Shown here in pieces: positions 29,148 to 37,938 of a DNA stretch of 64,000 nt; the first letter of the stretch is position 1; each line of letters starts with the position of its first letter. The DNA comes from Actinomycetota bacterium (GTDB lineage Bacteria; Actinomycetota; Thermoleophilia; RBG-16-64-13). Below the pieces are notes generated by a model, which had not been told where the DNA came from, ran no database searches, and saw only the letters and a program-made list of their open reading frames with translations. The DNA is taken from contig JAAYZX010000007.1 of assembly GCA_012514635.1 (NCBI GenBank), forward strand, positions 23,735 to 87,734, read 5' to 3'. The translations under genes and the position numbers were made by a program.

Positions 29148-29978
29148 ATGTTCAAGGTTATTAGCAACGAAGAGATCGCTCCGCAACTGCATAGGATGGT
29201 TATTGAAGCCCCGCGTATTGCAAAAGCGCGGAAGCCCGGCCAGTTCGCCATTGTGCGTTTGCGGCCGGGGGCCGAGCGCATCCCCCTCACTATTGCCGAC
29301 GACGATCCCGTGGCAGGTACCATCACCCTCATCATCCAGGCTGTTGGTTACAGTACTCAAGAGATCGTCGCTACCAAAGCGGGTGAGTATATTCAGAATA
29401 TCGCCGGCCCTCTGGGCATGCCTACGGAGATAGAGAACTGGGGCAAGGTGATTTGTGTGGGCGGCGGCGCAGGTGCTGCGGTGCTCTACCCACTCGCCAA
29501 AGCATTGGCGCAGGCCGGCAACGAGCTGATCACCATTATTGGTGGTCGCAGTGCGGAATACGTCATTCTGTTTGATGAGCTGGCTGCGTTCTCCAAGGAG
29601 GCCATTGCCACCACCGAAGATGGATCCATGGGTGAAAAGGGGTTTGTCACGGGCCCACTGAAGAGAATCCTGGATGAGTCCACTACCAAGCCGCATGCAG
29701 TGTATGCTGTGGGTCCCGTTCCCATGATGCGCGCGGTGTCAGAATTAACGCGTCCTTACGGTGTTAAGACCATCGTCTCCCTCAACCCCATCATGATCGA
29801 CGGTACCGGTATGTGCGGTGGCTGTCGGGTGACGGTGGGCGGAGAGGTGAAATTCGCCTGTGTCGATGGGCCGGAATTCGATGGCCACCAGGTCGATTAC
29901 GACGAACTCTTCGCACGCCAAAACGCGTACCAGGAACTGGACGAGCACGGCTGCAGGCTCGACTCGGTCAAGGTCTGA
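29148..29978 (+). CDS. nfnA: Ferredoxin-NADP+ reductase-like FAD/[2Fe-2S] subunit (NfnA / sulfide dehydrogenase gamma / PyrK-like)
   Basis: PyrK-like fold with C-terminal CGGCRV...C cluster motif. GAGGAAAGG RBS. Paired with a GltD-like gene. Confidence 0.75.
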   Translation: MFKVISNEEIAPQLHRMVIEAPRIAKARKPGQFAIVRLRPGAERIPLTIADDDPVAGTITLIIQAVGYSTQEIVATKAGEYIQNIAGPLGMPTEIENWGKVICVGGGAGAAVLYPLAKALAQAGNELITIIGGRSAEYVILFDELAAFSKEAIATTEDGSMGEKGFVTGPLKRILDESTTKPHAVYAVGPVPMMRAVSELTRPYGVKTIVSLNPIMIDGTGMCGGCRVTVGGEVKFACVDGPEFDGHQVDYDELFARQNAYQELDEHGCRLDSVKV

Positions 29979-29996
29979 GGAAAGGGACTATCCACG

Positions 29997-31418
29997 ATGA
30001 CTGAGCTCACTATAAAAGAAAGAATGGCCATCCAACGCACCACCATGCCGGAGCAAGATCCGGTGGAACGGGCACAGAACTTCAAGGAAGTCAATCAAGG
30101 TCTACCTCTCGAGTGGGCCATCCAAGAAGCCAAACGTTGCCTGGGTTGCAAGAAGCGGCCCTGTGTGGACGGATGCCCGGTGAACGTGCACATCCCAGAA
30201 TTCCTGGACAAGTTGGCGGAGGGGGATGTTGCGGGTGCGGCGACCATCCTTCGTGTCGACAATGCTCTGCCTGCCACCACCGGTCGTGTGTGTCCACAGG
30301 AAATGCAGTGCGAGGGCAAGTGTGTACGTGGGAAAAAGGGTCAGCCGGTTGCCATTGGGTGGCTGGAGCGTTTTGTGGCCGACTGGGCTGCGGAGAACAT
30401 GGAGCCGGACAAGGCTCCCGCAGAGCAGACCGGGTTTCGTGTGGCCGTCATCGGCTCCGGTCCCGGTGGGCTGACGGCGGCTGGTGAGCTGGCGCGCGCC
30501 GGTCACGGCGTGCACGTCTTCGAGGCTTTGCACGACACGGGCGGCGTGTTGCGCTACGGCATCCCCGAATTTCGTCTTCCTAAGAGGATTGTAGATCAGG
30601 AAGTGGAGAACCTAAGGTCTCTGGGTGTGGAGATTGAGTGCGACGTGATTGTGGGGCGCACCCTCACCTTGAGCGAGATACGCGACGATTTTGACGCGGT
30701 ATTCGTGGCCAATGGTGCCGGTCTGCCCATGTTCCTGAATGTGCCCGGCGAAAACCTTAAGGGTGTATATTCAGCCAACGAATACCTCACGCGAACCAAT
30801 CTGATGGGCGCATGGACGGGAGATGTGACCGGAACGCCCATTTTCCGTGGCAGGCGGGTAGTCGTGTTCGGCGGTGGCAATGTGGCCATGGACTCAGTGC
30901 GCACGGCCAAACGCTTGGGTGCCGAGCGGGCCATCATTGCGTATCGGCGCGGCAAGGAAGAGATGCCCGCTCGTGTAGAAGAAGTTCATCACGCTGAGGA
31001 AGAGGGCATAGAATTTCACCTGCTGGTGGCCCCACTCGAAATACTGGAAGATGATAAAGGCTGGGTGCGTGCGGTCAGACTCCAGAAGATGGAATTGGGT
31101 GAACCCGACGCTTCCGGACGCCGTCGTCCTGTAGCAGTACCGGGCAGCGAGTTTGAGCTCGAGTGCGATGCAGTGGTGGTGGCACTGGGTACGGTGGCCA
31201 ACCCTCTTTTGACGAACGCCGAGCCCGATCTCAAGCTTGACAAGTGGGGCAACATCATTGCAGATGAATCCCAGGCCACATCGCTCGACGGTGTGTTTGC
31301 CGGGGGCGATATCGTGCGGGGTGGCGCCACAGTTATCCTGGCCATGGGTGACGGCAAGTGTGCCGCTCAATCCATCGATGAGTACCTGAAGGGGAAGACC
31401 CCCAAGGCGGCGGCTTAG
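29997..31418 (+). CDS. nfnB: NADPH-dependent glutamate-synthase-small-chain-like subunit (NfnB / GltD family)
   Basis: N-terminal CxxC...CxxC...C Fe-S motifs, FAD/NAD Rossmann motifs VAVIGSGPGGLTAA and VVVFGGGNVAMD. 473 aa. Confidence 0.8.
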   Translation: MTELTIKERMAIQRTTMPEQDPVERAQNFKEVNQGLPLEWAIQEAKRCLGCKKRPCVDGCPVNVHIPEFLDKLAEGDVAGAATILRVDNALPATTGRVCPQEMQCEGKCVRGKKGQPVAIGWLERFVADWAAENMEPDKAPAEQTGFRVAVIGSGPGGLTAAGELARAGHGVHVFEALHDTGGVLRYGIPEFRLPKRIVDQEVENLRSLGVEIECDVIVGRTLTLSEIRDDFDAVFVANGAGLPMFLNVPGENLKGVYSANEYLTRTNLMGAWTGDVTGTPIFRGRRVVVFGGGNVAMDSVRTAKRLGAERAIIAYRRGKEEMPARVEEVHHAEEEGIEFHLLVAPLEILEDDKGWVRAVRLQKMELGEPDASGRRRPVAVPGSEFELECDAVVVALGTVANPLLTNAEPDLKLDKWGNIIADESQATSLDGVFAGGDIVRGGATVILAMGDGKCAAQSIDEYLKGKTPKAAA

Positions 31419-31439
31419 CACGAAGCGGTAACAAGCGGT

Positions 31440-31548
31440 CCCCCGGTCCGGTCCACCGGACCGGGGGAAATCGTGTGGCGGGCGCGGGTGCCTTGACGGC
31501 ACCCGCGCCCGCCGCCGTACTTCAGGTTGCGAAGACGCATCCGCAACC
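31440..31548. terminator. Cluster of three perfect hairpins between convergent nfnB and yjbQ (bidirectional terminator region)
   Basis: CCCCCGGTCCGG-TCCA-CCGGACCGGGGG; GGCGGGCGCGGGTGCC-TTGAC-GGCACCCGCGCCCGCC; GGTTGCG-N10-CGCAACC. Confidence 0.5.
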
Positions 31549-31557
31549 GCCAATCAC

Positions 31558-32022
31558 TTATTCTCCCATGACCTTGATTACCAGCCGCTTGTCGCGCCCG
31601 CCGTCGAACTCGCAGTAGAAAATTTGCTGCCAGGGTCCCAGGTCGAGTCGTCCGGCTGTGATCGGTACGATAACCTGGTGATGGACTAGGAGATTCTTCA
31701 GGTGACCATCACCGTTGTCTTCGCCGTTGGCGTGATGACGGTAATCTCCGGGATCAGGGAGTAGCGCGCGGGCCACCTCATTTGCGGGAGTCTTCCAGCT
31801 CGGCGGTGCGATCTTGTCCAACCATTCCAGTGCATCGACCAGGATGCCATCGGGGTCGTCGTCGTTCACCCACACGCCTGCGGTGATATGCATAGCTGAA
31901 ACCAGAACCATGCCTTCCTGTACGCCGGATTCCGTCACCGCCTGTTCGACATCGGTGGTAATACGCAAGAATTCTCTGCGCTTAGTTGTACGGAATACCT
32001 TGTATACAGTATGCGTCTTCAC
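31558..32022 (-). CDS. yjbQ: YjbQ/UPF0047 family protein (secondary thiamine-phosphate synthase-like)
   Basis: Full-length similarity to the YjbQ family (about 150 aa, motif [10 protein letters not shown]...HANGED). Confidence 0.75.
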   Translation of the reverse strand: MKTHTVYKVFRTTKRREFLRITTDVEQAVTESGVQEGMVLVSAMHITAGVWVNDDDPDGILVDALEWLDKIAPPSWKTPANEVARALLPDPGDYRHHANGEDNGDGHLKNLLVHHQVIVPITAGRLDLGPWQQIFYCEFDGGRDKRLVIKVMGE

Positions 32023-32060
32023 GTGAATCTCCCTTCCTCAGTGGAGGCAAAGCGTTCCGG

Positions 32061-32945
32061 CTACTTAACCAGCGGCGTGATCAGGCGTCCCAGACCTTCA
32101 ACTTCCACCACAACCTCGTCGCCGGGCTTCAGCCACGGCCTAACACCATCTTTCATGCCCAGTATTACGCCCTCTGGAGTACCGGTGGAGATGATGTCGC
32201 CGGGCTCCAGGGTCATGTATCGGCTTGCATAGCTGATCAATTCCGCTACAGAGAAAACCATGTCCGCCGTGTTGGAGTTTTGGCGCGGATCACCGTTGAC
32301 CCAGCTGCGCACGCTGAGTTGTTGAGGATCATAGACATCGTCGGCGGTGACCAAGTAGGGTCCCAACGGCATGAAACCGTCCAGCGTCTTACCGATCAGC
32401 CACTGTCCGGAGAGAAACTGGAGGTCACGGCAACTGAGGTCATTCCCATTGCAGTAGCCCAGTACATAATCCAGTGCCGCCTCCTCCGTTACGTTTTTGG
32501 CTCTTCTTCCCATTACCACAACGAGTTCGGCCTCGTAATCGTAGCGGGTCATAGGGCCGGGCAGCGATACGGGTTCCCCCGAGCCGGCGAGACTGTTGTT
32601 GAATTTGGAGAAAAGCACGGGCTGTGCTGGGATATCGCTATTGGTCTCAGCCGCATGCCCTCGGTAGTTCAGCCCAATGCAGATGATCTTTCCGGGCGCC
32701 GGGATGCAGGGAGCCGGTTGCAGCTGGTGCTCGGCAACGATCGACTCAGGATGGTGGTGGGCCTGTTCGGCCACTATGCGCATATGTTCTATGGCGTCCT
32801 GCCCGGAGCGGAAGAAAGCCACTGGGTCGATTGCCGGTCCGCTCAGGCCTGCCGCTTGGCCTACGGTGGCCACGTCGACCACACCGTTTGCGGTTTTGAT
32901 ACCCAATGCTGGGCCGGCATCCGTACGATAGGTCATCAGGATCAC
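32061..32945 (-). CDS. Fumarylacetoacetate hydrolase (FAH) family protein
   Basis: FAH-fold metal-binding region (EAELVVV, GTPEGV) and about 294-aa length typical of 2-keto-4-pentenoate hydratase/FAH-family enzymes. Confidence 0.85.
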   Translation of the reverse strand: MILMTYRTDAGPALGIKTANGVVDVATVGQAAGLSGPAIDPVAFFRSGQDAIEHMRIVAEQAHHHPESIVAEHQLQPAPCIPAPGKIICIGLNYRGHAAETNSDIPAQPVLFSKFNNSLAGSGEPVSLPGPMTRYDYEAELVVVMGRRAKNVTEEAALDYVLGYCNGNDLSCRDLQFLSGQWLIGKTLDGFMPLGPYLVTADDVYDPQQLSVRSWVNGDPRQNSNTADMVFSVAELISYASRYMTLEPGDIISTGTPEGVILGMKDGVRPWLKPGDEVVVEVEGLGRLITPLVK

Positions 32946-33050
32946 CAGGCTCCCTCCTCCACTATGTAAGTTGCGGGCAAAAGAGTTACTATTTGCTTAA
33001 AGAATTGGCATAAATATCGGAAAGAGTTATTATTTTAAGGTGATCGACAT

Positions 33051-33812
33051 ATGTCCACGAAGCATAGCAGTCCCATGATCGCCAACGGGATCAAGAACAA
33101 CGAAGAATCGTTGGCGGATGGACATCTCTCCTCGGCACCTACCGGGGCACGGGTGGAACTGCGTCTTTGGTCTCCTAGGGAGCTGGCACAACGTCTTGTC
33201 GCCTGGTTGGAGGAGAGCGGCGCAAAGCCCGGCGACCGCATAGGTGATCGTGCAGGATTGGCAGATCTGTGGGGTGTATCTGCCTCCACAATGCGTGAAG
33301 CGGTTCGTATTCTGGAGGCGGCGGGAATTCTGGAACAGAAGGTAGGGGCGGGAGGTGGGGTGTTCTTCCAACCGCGTGAAGCTGATGCCATTGCCGGTGT
33401 CCTGTTGTGGAGCGCAGCATTGGGTCGTATTGGTGACGCTGCGCTGGTGCGCGCGCTGGCCGAGATCGAGGGGCTGATTGCGGCGCATGCCGCCTTGCGG
33501 GCGGGGCCGGAAGATGTGCGGCGCTGTGAGCGGGCCGCCCGCAGTGATGATGCTTCGCAACGTGACTCTCTCTTTCACGAAGTTCTTACCGAGTGCGCGG
33601 GTAACGAAATGCTTGGGATCTTGAGAAGAGCGCTGGCGGAAGCGGTCGGCGGGCGGGCGGGCGAGGCACGGGCGGCCGGGCGGAGCGTCGGCGGCAATCT
33701 TGACCATGTAGCGTACAGTCACGCATACATAGTGGACGCGGTGCGTACCGGCGACGCTGCGGAAGCATCCCGCAGGGCGCGCAGGCACATTGAGGTGGTT
33801 CTGGAAACATAG
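33051..33812 (+). CDS. GntR-family (FadR/FCD subfamily) transcriptional regulator
   Basis: Winged HTH LADLWGVSASTMREAVRILEAAGIL, then an all-helical ligand-binding domain. Divergent from the FAH gene through an AT-rich promoter region. Start may be internal. Confidence 0.75.
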   Translation: MSTKHSSPMIANGIKNNEESLADGHLSSAPTGARVELRLWSPRELAQRLVAWLEESGAKPGDRIGDRAGLADLWGVSASTMREAVRILEAAGILEQKVGAGGGVFFQPREADAIAGVLLWSAALGRIGDAALVRALAEIEGLIAAHAALRAGPEDVRRCERAARSDDASQRDSLFHEVLTECAGNEMLGILRRALAEAVGGRAGEARAAGRSVGGNLDHVAYSHAYIVDAVRTGDAAEASRRARRHIEVVLET

Positions 33813-33822
33813 GAGGATCAGG

Positions 33823-34721
33823 ATGACGTCTCAAGAGTTGTACAAGAAGATGGCGGAGTTATCCACTGAAGGGAAGGCGTTTGTCCTGGCCACGGTCGTG
33901 GAGTCATTTGGGTCCACTCCTCGGAAGGCCGGCGCCAAGATGTTGGTGCTTGAGGATGGATCCACTATCGACACGGTAGGCGGAGGCAAGGTCGAGCAGC
34001 AGGTGGTGCTGGACGCGCTGGACGCTCTTCAACGCGGTGTGTCGCGGACTGTAAAATATGAGCTGCGCACATCGGGTGAGCATGCGCTGGCATGGAATGT
34101 GGCGGGGAGACCACTGTATTCCTGGAGGTGAACAAACCGGCGCTGACCATTGTGGTCGCCGGTGCGGGGCACATAGCCCAGAAGCTCACACCTATGGCCA
34201 AGCTGCTGGATTTTCGGGTGGTAGTGGTGGACACGCGGCCCGAGTTTGCAAACACCGACAATCTTCCGGATGCCGATGAGGTTATCTGTGGTCACCCGGG
34301 CGAACTGCCGGACCTTGTCTCCTTGGATCACAACTCGTATGTGGTGATCGTCACCCACGGCCACATCCACGATAAGGATGCGCTGAAAGCCGTGCTCTCT
34401 TCCGATGTTGCCTACGTGGGAATGATCGGCAGTCAGCATAAGGTACGTGTTGTGCTGGAACAACTGCTTGACGAGGGCGCCGATATGGAACGTCTCAGTC
34501 GGGTCTATTCACCTATTGGAATAGATCTGGGCGGTGGTGCTCCTGGAGAGATCGCCGTAAGTATCCTGTCGGAGATCGTCGCAATGCAGCATGGACGCCT
34601 TGACCGCTTCCGTGTACGTCGTAATCCGCTGGTGGAAACTGCAGTGTCGCTCAGCTCCGCTTCCGGCGCGACTATGGGTACGGATGCGGTGGGAGGTGGT
34701 CGATCGCAGTGTTGCTCTTAG
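33823..34721 (+). pseudogene. xdhC: XdhC/CoxI-family Mo-hydroxylase maturation factor, split by an apparent frameshift at about 34080-34091 (N-terminal XdhC_CoxI domain in one frame, C-terminal Rossmann XdhC_C domain in the -1 frame)
   Basis: Frame 1 gives ...GSTPRKAGAKMLV...KYELRTSGE then stops at 34131. Frame 3 opens at 34080 with ACAGMECGGETTVFLEV..., the conserved XdhC CGGE motif, and runs to 34721. No RBS precedes the internal ATG at 34092. GGAGGA RBS precedes the ATG at 33823. Confidence 0.55.
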
Positions 34722-34787
34722 GCCGTGGATGATCAGCAGGTGGCCTGGAGGGTCTTTTGTTCTCATCTATAGAAGAGGGCGGAGATT

Positions 34788-35603
34788 ATGACTGTGAAAA
34801 AACCGTTGGCTCTGGTGAAGGGGGCAGGCGATCTGGCCACGGGAGTCTCGTTACGTTTGCACCGGGCGGGTTTTTCGGTTGTGATGACTGAGATCGCTTC
34901 ACCTACGCCTGTTCGGCGCACGGTGGCGTTCGCGGAAGCCGTATACAACGGAAAAGTATTGGTCGAAGGTGTTGAGGCGGTTTTGGCCGGAAACGAAGAG
35001 GATGTGCTGGACATCCTGTCCGGCGGAAAGCTGCCCGTCTTGGTGGATCCAGAGGCCGCCTGTCGTGCGTGGCTGGATCCGGACCTGTTGGTCGACGCCA
35101 TTATCGCGAAGCGTAATCTGGGGACGTCGCCTGCCGATGCCCCAGCAGTGGTTGCCCTGGGGCCGGGGTTTGTCGCCGGCCGAGATTGCCATGCAGTGAT
35201 TGAGACTATGCGGGGCCACACGCTGGGTCGCGTTATATGGGAAGGTGAGGCTATTCCCAACACCGGCGTGCCCGGTGAAGTTGGAGGCAAGGCTGCCGAA
35301 CGAGTTCTTCGTGCCCCCGGGGCGGGAATATTCAAAGCGCATGCAGAGATTGGAGATATGGTGACGAGCGGGCAGGTCGTCGGCTACGTCGACGACCTGC
35401 CGCTGACATCGTCCATCGATGGTGTCCTGCGCGGCCTTCTTCGCTCGGGCCTGGAGGTCTCTCCGGGATTCAAGACCGGGGACGTGGATCCGCGGGCGGC
35501 GCGAGAGCACTGTTTCACGGTATCGGACAAGGCCTTAGCTATTGGCGGTGGAGTCTTGGAAGCGGCGTGTGCCCTGCTGGGAGGTGTGAGGTTTCAGCGA
35601 TAG
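34788..35603 (+). CDS. XdhC-related Rossmann-fold protein, candidate YqeB-family selenium-dependent molybdenum hydroxylase system protein
   Basis: 271 aa. Dinucleotide-binding-like N-terminus LVKGAGDLATGVSLRL. Immediately downstream of xdhC. The YqeB (TIGR03309-like) assignment is from recall of family description and context, not an alignment. Confidence 0.4.
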   Translation: MTVKKPLALVKGAGDLATGVSLRLHRAGFSVVMTEIASPTPVRRTVAFAEAVYNGKVLVEGVEAVLAGNEEDVLDILSGGKLPVLVDPEAACRAWLDPDLLVDAIIAKRNLGTSPADAPAVVALGPGFVAGRDCHAVIETMRGHTLGRVIWEGEAIPNTGVPGEVGGKAAERVLRAPGAGIFKAHAEIGDMVTSGQVVGYVDDLPLTSSIDGVLRGLLRSGLEVSPGFKTGDVDPRAAREHCFTVSDKALAIGGGVLEAACALLGGVRFQR

Positions 35604-35625
35604 GACTGCGTGTCTGCGCAAACGC

Positions 35626-36378
35626 TTAATCCGGTAGTGTTGTCAAGAAACAGTCCACTGCCGCCCGAAACTGCAACGGCCTGGTCCACATGAGTGGATG
35701 GCCTCCGGATGCGCATAGATATACATTGCAGTCCTTGATCTGGCGGGCCATGGCCAAGATCTGACCCGGTAGGTCCGGCATAAGGTGATCGGATAGACTG
35801 CCCGTCAGTAGTACGGGGCATTCCAGCTCTGCGAGTCTGCCCCCGTACCAGTTGATGTCTCCCGCGGCTGCGCGCGCCAAGATGGCTCTGTCGTCGGCGG
35901 CTACTACGGATTCCCAGTCATCTCCATGCGCCCGCTGCCAGAAAAGAATAGTGGAAGGGGATGCCGAGTGGCGCTGTGCGACGATATCTCGCAACCAATC
36001 GGCGGGCAGCCGCTCAACCTGACTGTCCGACACCACGGCTCGGACGAGGTGAGGATTGCGAATGGCCATCATCAGCGCGATTGCCGCTCCTCCACTTTGA
36101 CCAACGACTACGGCAGGAGCATCATCTAGGTGTCGGACGAGCGTCGCCGCATGTTCCGTGCAGATTTCCCACCAGTCCGCAGGCCAGACGGAGACGCGCT
36201 CGGAGAAACCGGTTCCCCAGAAATCCAGACATACGGTGCGGAAGCGATTGCAGAAATGATCGAGCTCGCCGGAATGGTGGGCCGCCGAGGAAGTATCTCC
36301 GGGGAGAATGAGAAGCACAGGGCCGCTGCCTTGCTCGCGATAGTGTAGCCGGAGACCATTCACTGTGAAGTACGGCAT
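35626..36378 (-). CDS. Alpha/beta-fold hydrolase
   Basis: HG-region LLILPGD, nucleophile elbow GQSGGA, catalytic His near the C-terminus. GAAGG RBS before the ATG at 36378. Confidence 0.8.
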   Translation of the reverse strand: MPYFTVNGLRLHYREQGSGPVLLILPGDTSSAAHHSGELDHFCNRFRTVCLDFWGTGFSERVSVWPADWWEICTEHAATLVRHLDDAPAVVVGQSGGAAIALMMAIRNPHLVRAVVSDSQVERLPADWLRDIVAQRHSASPSTILFWQRAHGDDWESVVAADDRAILARAAAGDINWYGGRLAELECPVLLTGSLSDHLMPDLPGQILAMARQIKDCNVYLCASGGHPLMWTRPLQFRAAVDCFLTTLPD

Positions 36379-36576
36379 GTCAGACCTTCTATTGTTCGGT
36401 AGTCGCAACGGTTCGGCAGTCGCGACGTTACCTTAACACCTTCCTCGTTCTGCCGAATAGCTGCTTCCTTCTCGCAGTGATGAGTAAGTCGTTGGTATCC
36501 TACGTGAGTCCTACGTCGGTCTCCCGCGAGGGGGCCGGAGATACTGGCTCAACTTACTAGAAGAGGGAGTGAGCGC

Positions 36577-37257
36577 ATGCGGCCCACCCTGATAGAGGCC
36601 AAAGACCTGGACGAAGCTTGGTTTCGCGTTATCCAGGCCACTCTCGATGACGAACTGGCGTACTGGTACGATATTCAACGGGGGAGTTTTGAGGGAGGCG
36701 GCGCACGGCGCCAGCTGGCCTCTCTTACGTTGTGCGTTGAATTTCCCGAGACACGGCCCCTTGCGCCGGTGGTGCCGGAAGGTATGAACTCTCCCACCAC
36801 CAACGAGAATATAGAGAAGTACTTCGCAGAACAGTTGATGAATCCCGTCCCCGCTCTCAATGAGGACTACAACTACGCGCAGTTCATCGTGCCGCACTTG
36901 CCGCGAGTTGTGGAACTGATGTCCGAGACACCGTATACCAATCATGCGGTGATCAACGTAGGACAACCTTTTGTGGAGGGAGATATCACCGCGGGCACGC
37001 CTAAGCTCTACGAGTTTCCGCCCTGTCTTCGCTGTCTGCACTGGGTCTTCCGAGACGACCGTCTCCACCTGTACACATACTGGCGCAGCTGGGATGTTTT
37101 TGCGGGTCTTCCGGAAAACTTGGGCGGAATGCAGCTTCTGAACGAGTTCATTGCACTGGAGACCGGGTACGAAACCGGTACTCTTAACGCCTTCTCTTCG
37201 GGTGCCCACATCTATAGTTACCAGTTGGAGCTGGTTCAGCAACGGCTGGGGCTGTAG
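36577..37257 (+). CDS. Thymidylate-synthase-fold protein, short and divergent (226 aa). Candidate archaeal-type ThyA or pyrimidine-nucleotide C5-modifying enzyme.
   Basis: FPPC(catalytic Cys)LRCLHWVF...LHLYTYWRSWDVFAGLPENLGG...GAHIYSYQ aligns with TS motifs PCH-FQFYV, LSCQLYQRSxDxFLGxPFNIAS and DAHIY. Arg-Ser-x-Asp and the dUMP-specifying Asn are preserved. GAGGGAG RBS. Confidence 0.65.
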   Translation: MRPTLIEAKDLDEAWFRVIQATLDDELAYWYDIQRGSFEGGGARRQLASLTLCVEFPETRPLAPVVPEGMNSPTTNENIEKYFAEQLMNPVPALNEDYNYAQFIVPHLPRVVELMSETPYTNHAVINVGQPFVEGDITAGTPKLYEFPPCLRCLHWVFRDDRLHLYTYWRSWDVFAGLPENLGGMQLLNEFIALETGYETGTLNAFSSGAHIYSYQLELVQQRLGL

Positions 37258-37351
37258 CGTGGCCGGTAGGAGGGAGTCGTCGAGAGGGGAATATCAATGA
37301 TAGGCGCACGACGGCCCATGCAGATGGGCACGGCATAGAGGAGGAGCGTTC

Positions 37352-37930
37352 ATGAAGATGTCTCTAGGTCCTGGGACGATCTTACTCCCCACCCCCACCT
37401 TGGTCGTAGGGACGTATGATGATGCTGGAAGACCCAACGTCATGACGGCCGCTTGGGGGGGCATCTGCTGTTCCGTCCCACCCTGCGTTTCCGTGTCGCT
37501 ACGTAAGGCTACGTACACGTACGGCAACTTGCTGGCGCAGCAGGCCTTCACCATCAGCATCCCGTCGCGAATATTCGTGCGGGAGGTGGATTACTTCGGC
37601 ATCGTGTCCGGGCGCGATGTGGACAAGTTTGCGGCAACCGATCTGACTCCGGTGCACAGCGATGTCGTGAATGCGCCGTATGTGGGGGAATTTCCTCTGG
37701 TGGTGGAATGCAGTCTGATTCACCAGTTGGAGATTGGCCTCCACACCCTGTTCGTCGGCGAGGTTATGGATGTCAAGGTGGAAGCGGAATGCCGGGATTC
37801 CCGCGGGAATCCCGACCCGGAGAAGATACAAGCGTGCATCTACGCTCCCGGGGTCACAACCTATTATGCGTTTGGTGAGAATCTAGGCAGGGGATTTGAA
37901 ATCGGCCGGGAAGCTTACGGCAGGGGCTGA
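37352..37930 (+). CDS. Flavin reductase-like (FMN-binding split-barrel) domain protein
   Basis: LLPTPTLVVGTYDDAGRPNVMTAAWGG... typical of the flavin reductase / HpaC-like family. GGAGGAG RBS. 95 nt downstream of the TS-like gene on the same strand. Confidence 0.75.
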   Translation: MKMSLGPGTILLPTPTLVVGTYDDAGRPNVMTAAWGGICCSVPPCVSVSLRKATYTYGNLLAQQAFTISIPSRIFVREVDYFGIVSGRDVDKFAATDLTPVHSDVVNAPYVGEFPLVVECSLIHQLEIGLHTLFVGEVMDVKVEAECRDSRGNPDPEKIQACIYAPGVTTYYAFGENLGRGFEIGREAYGRG

Positions 37931-37938
37931 GTCTTCCC

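Noticed and set aside
33823-34721. XdhC interruption as a selenocysteine UGA read-through
   Set aside because: The two halves are in different frames, and the -1 frame has stops at 34059 and 34077 just upstream. A frameshift explains it, not UGA recoding.
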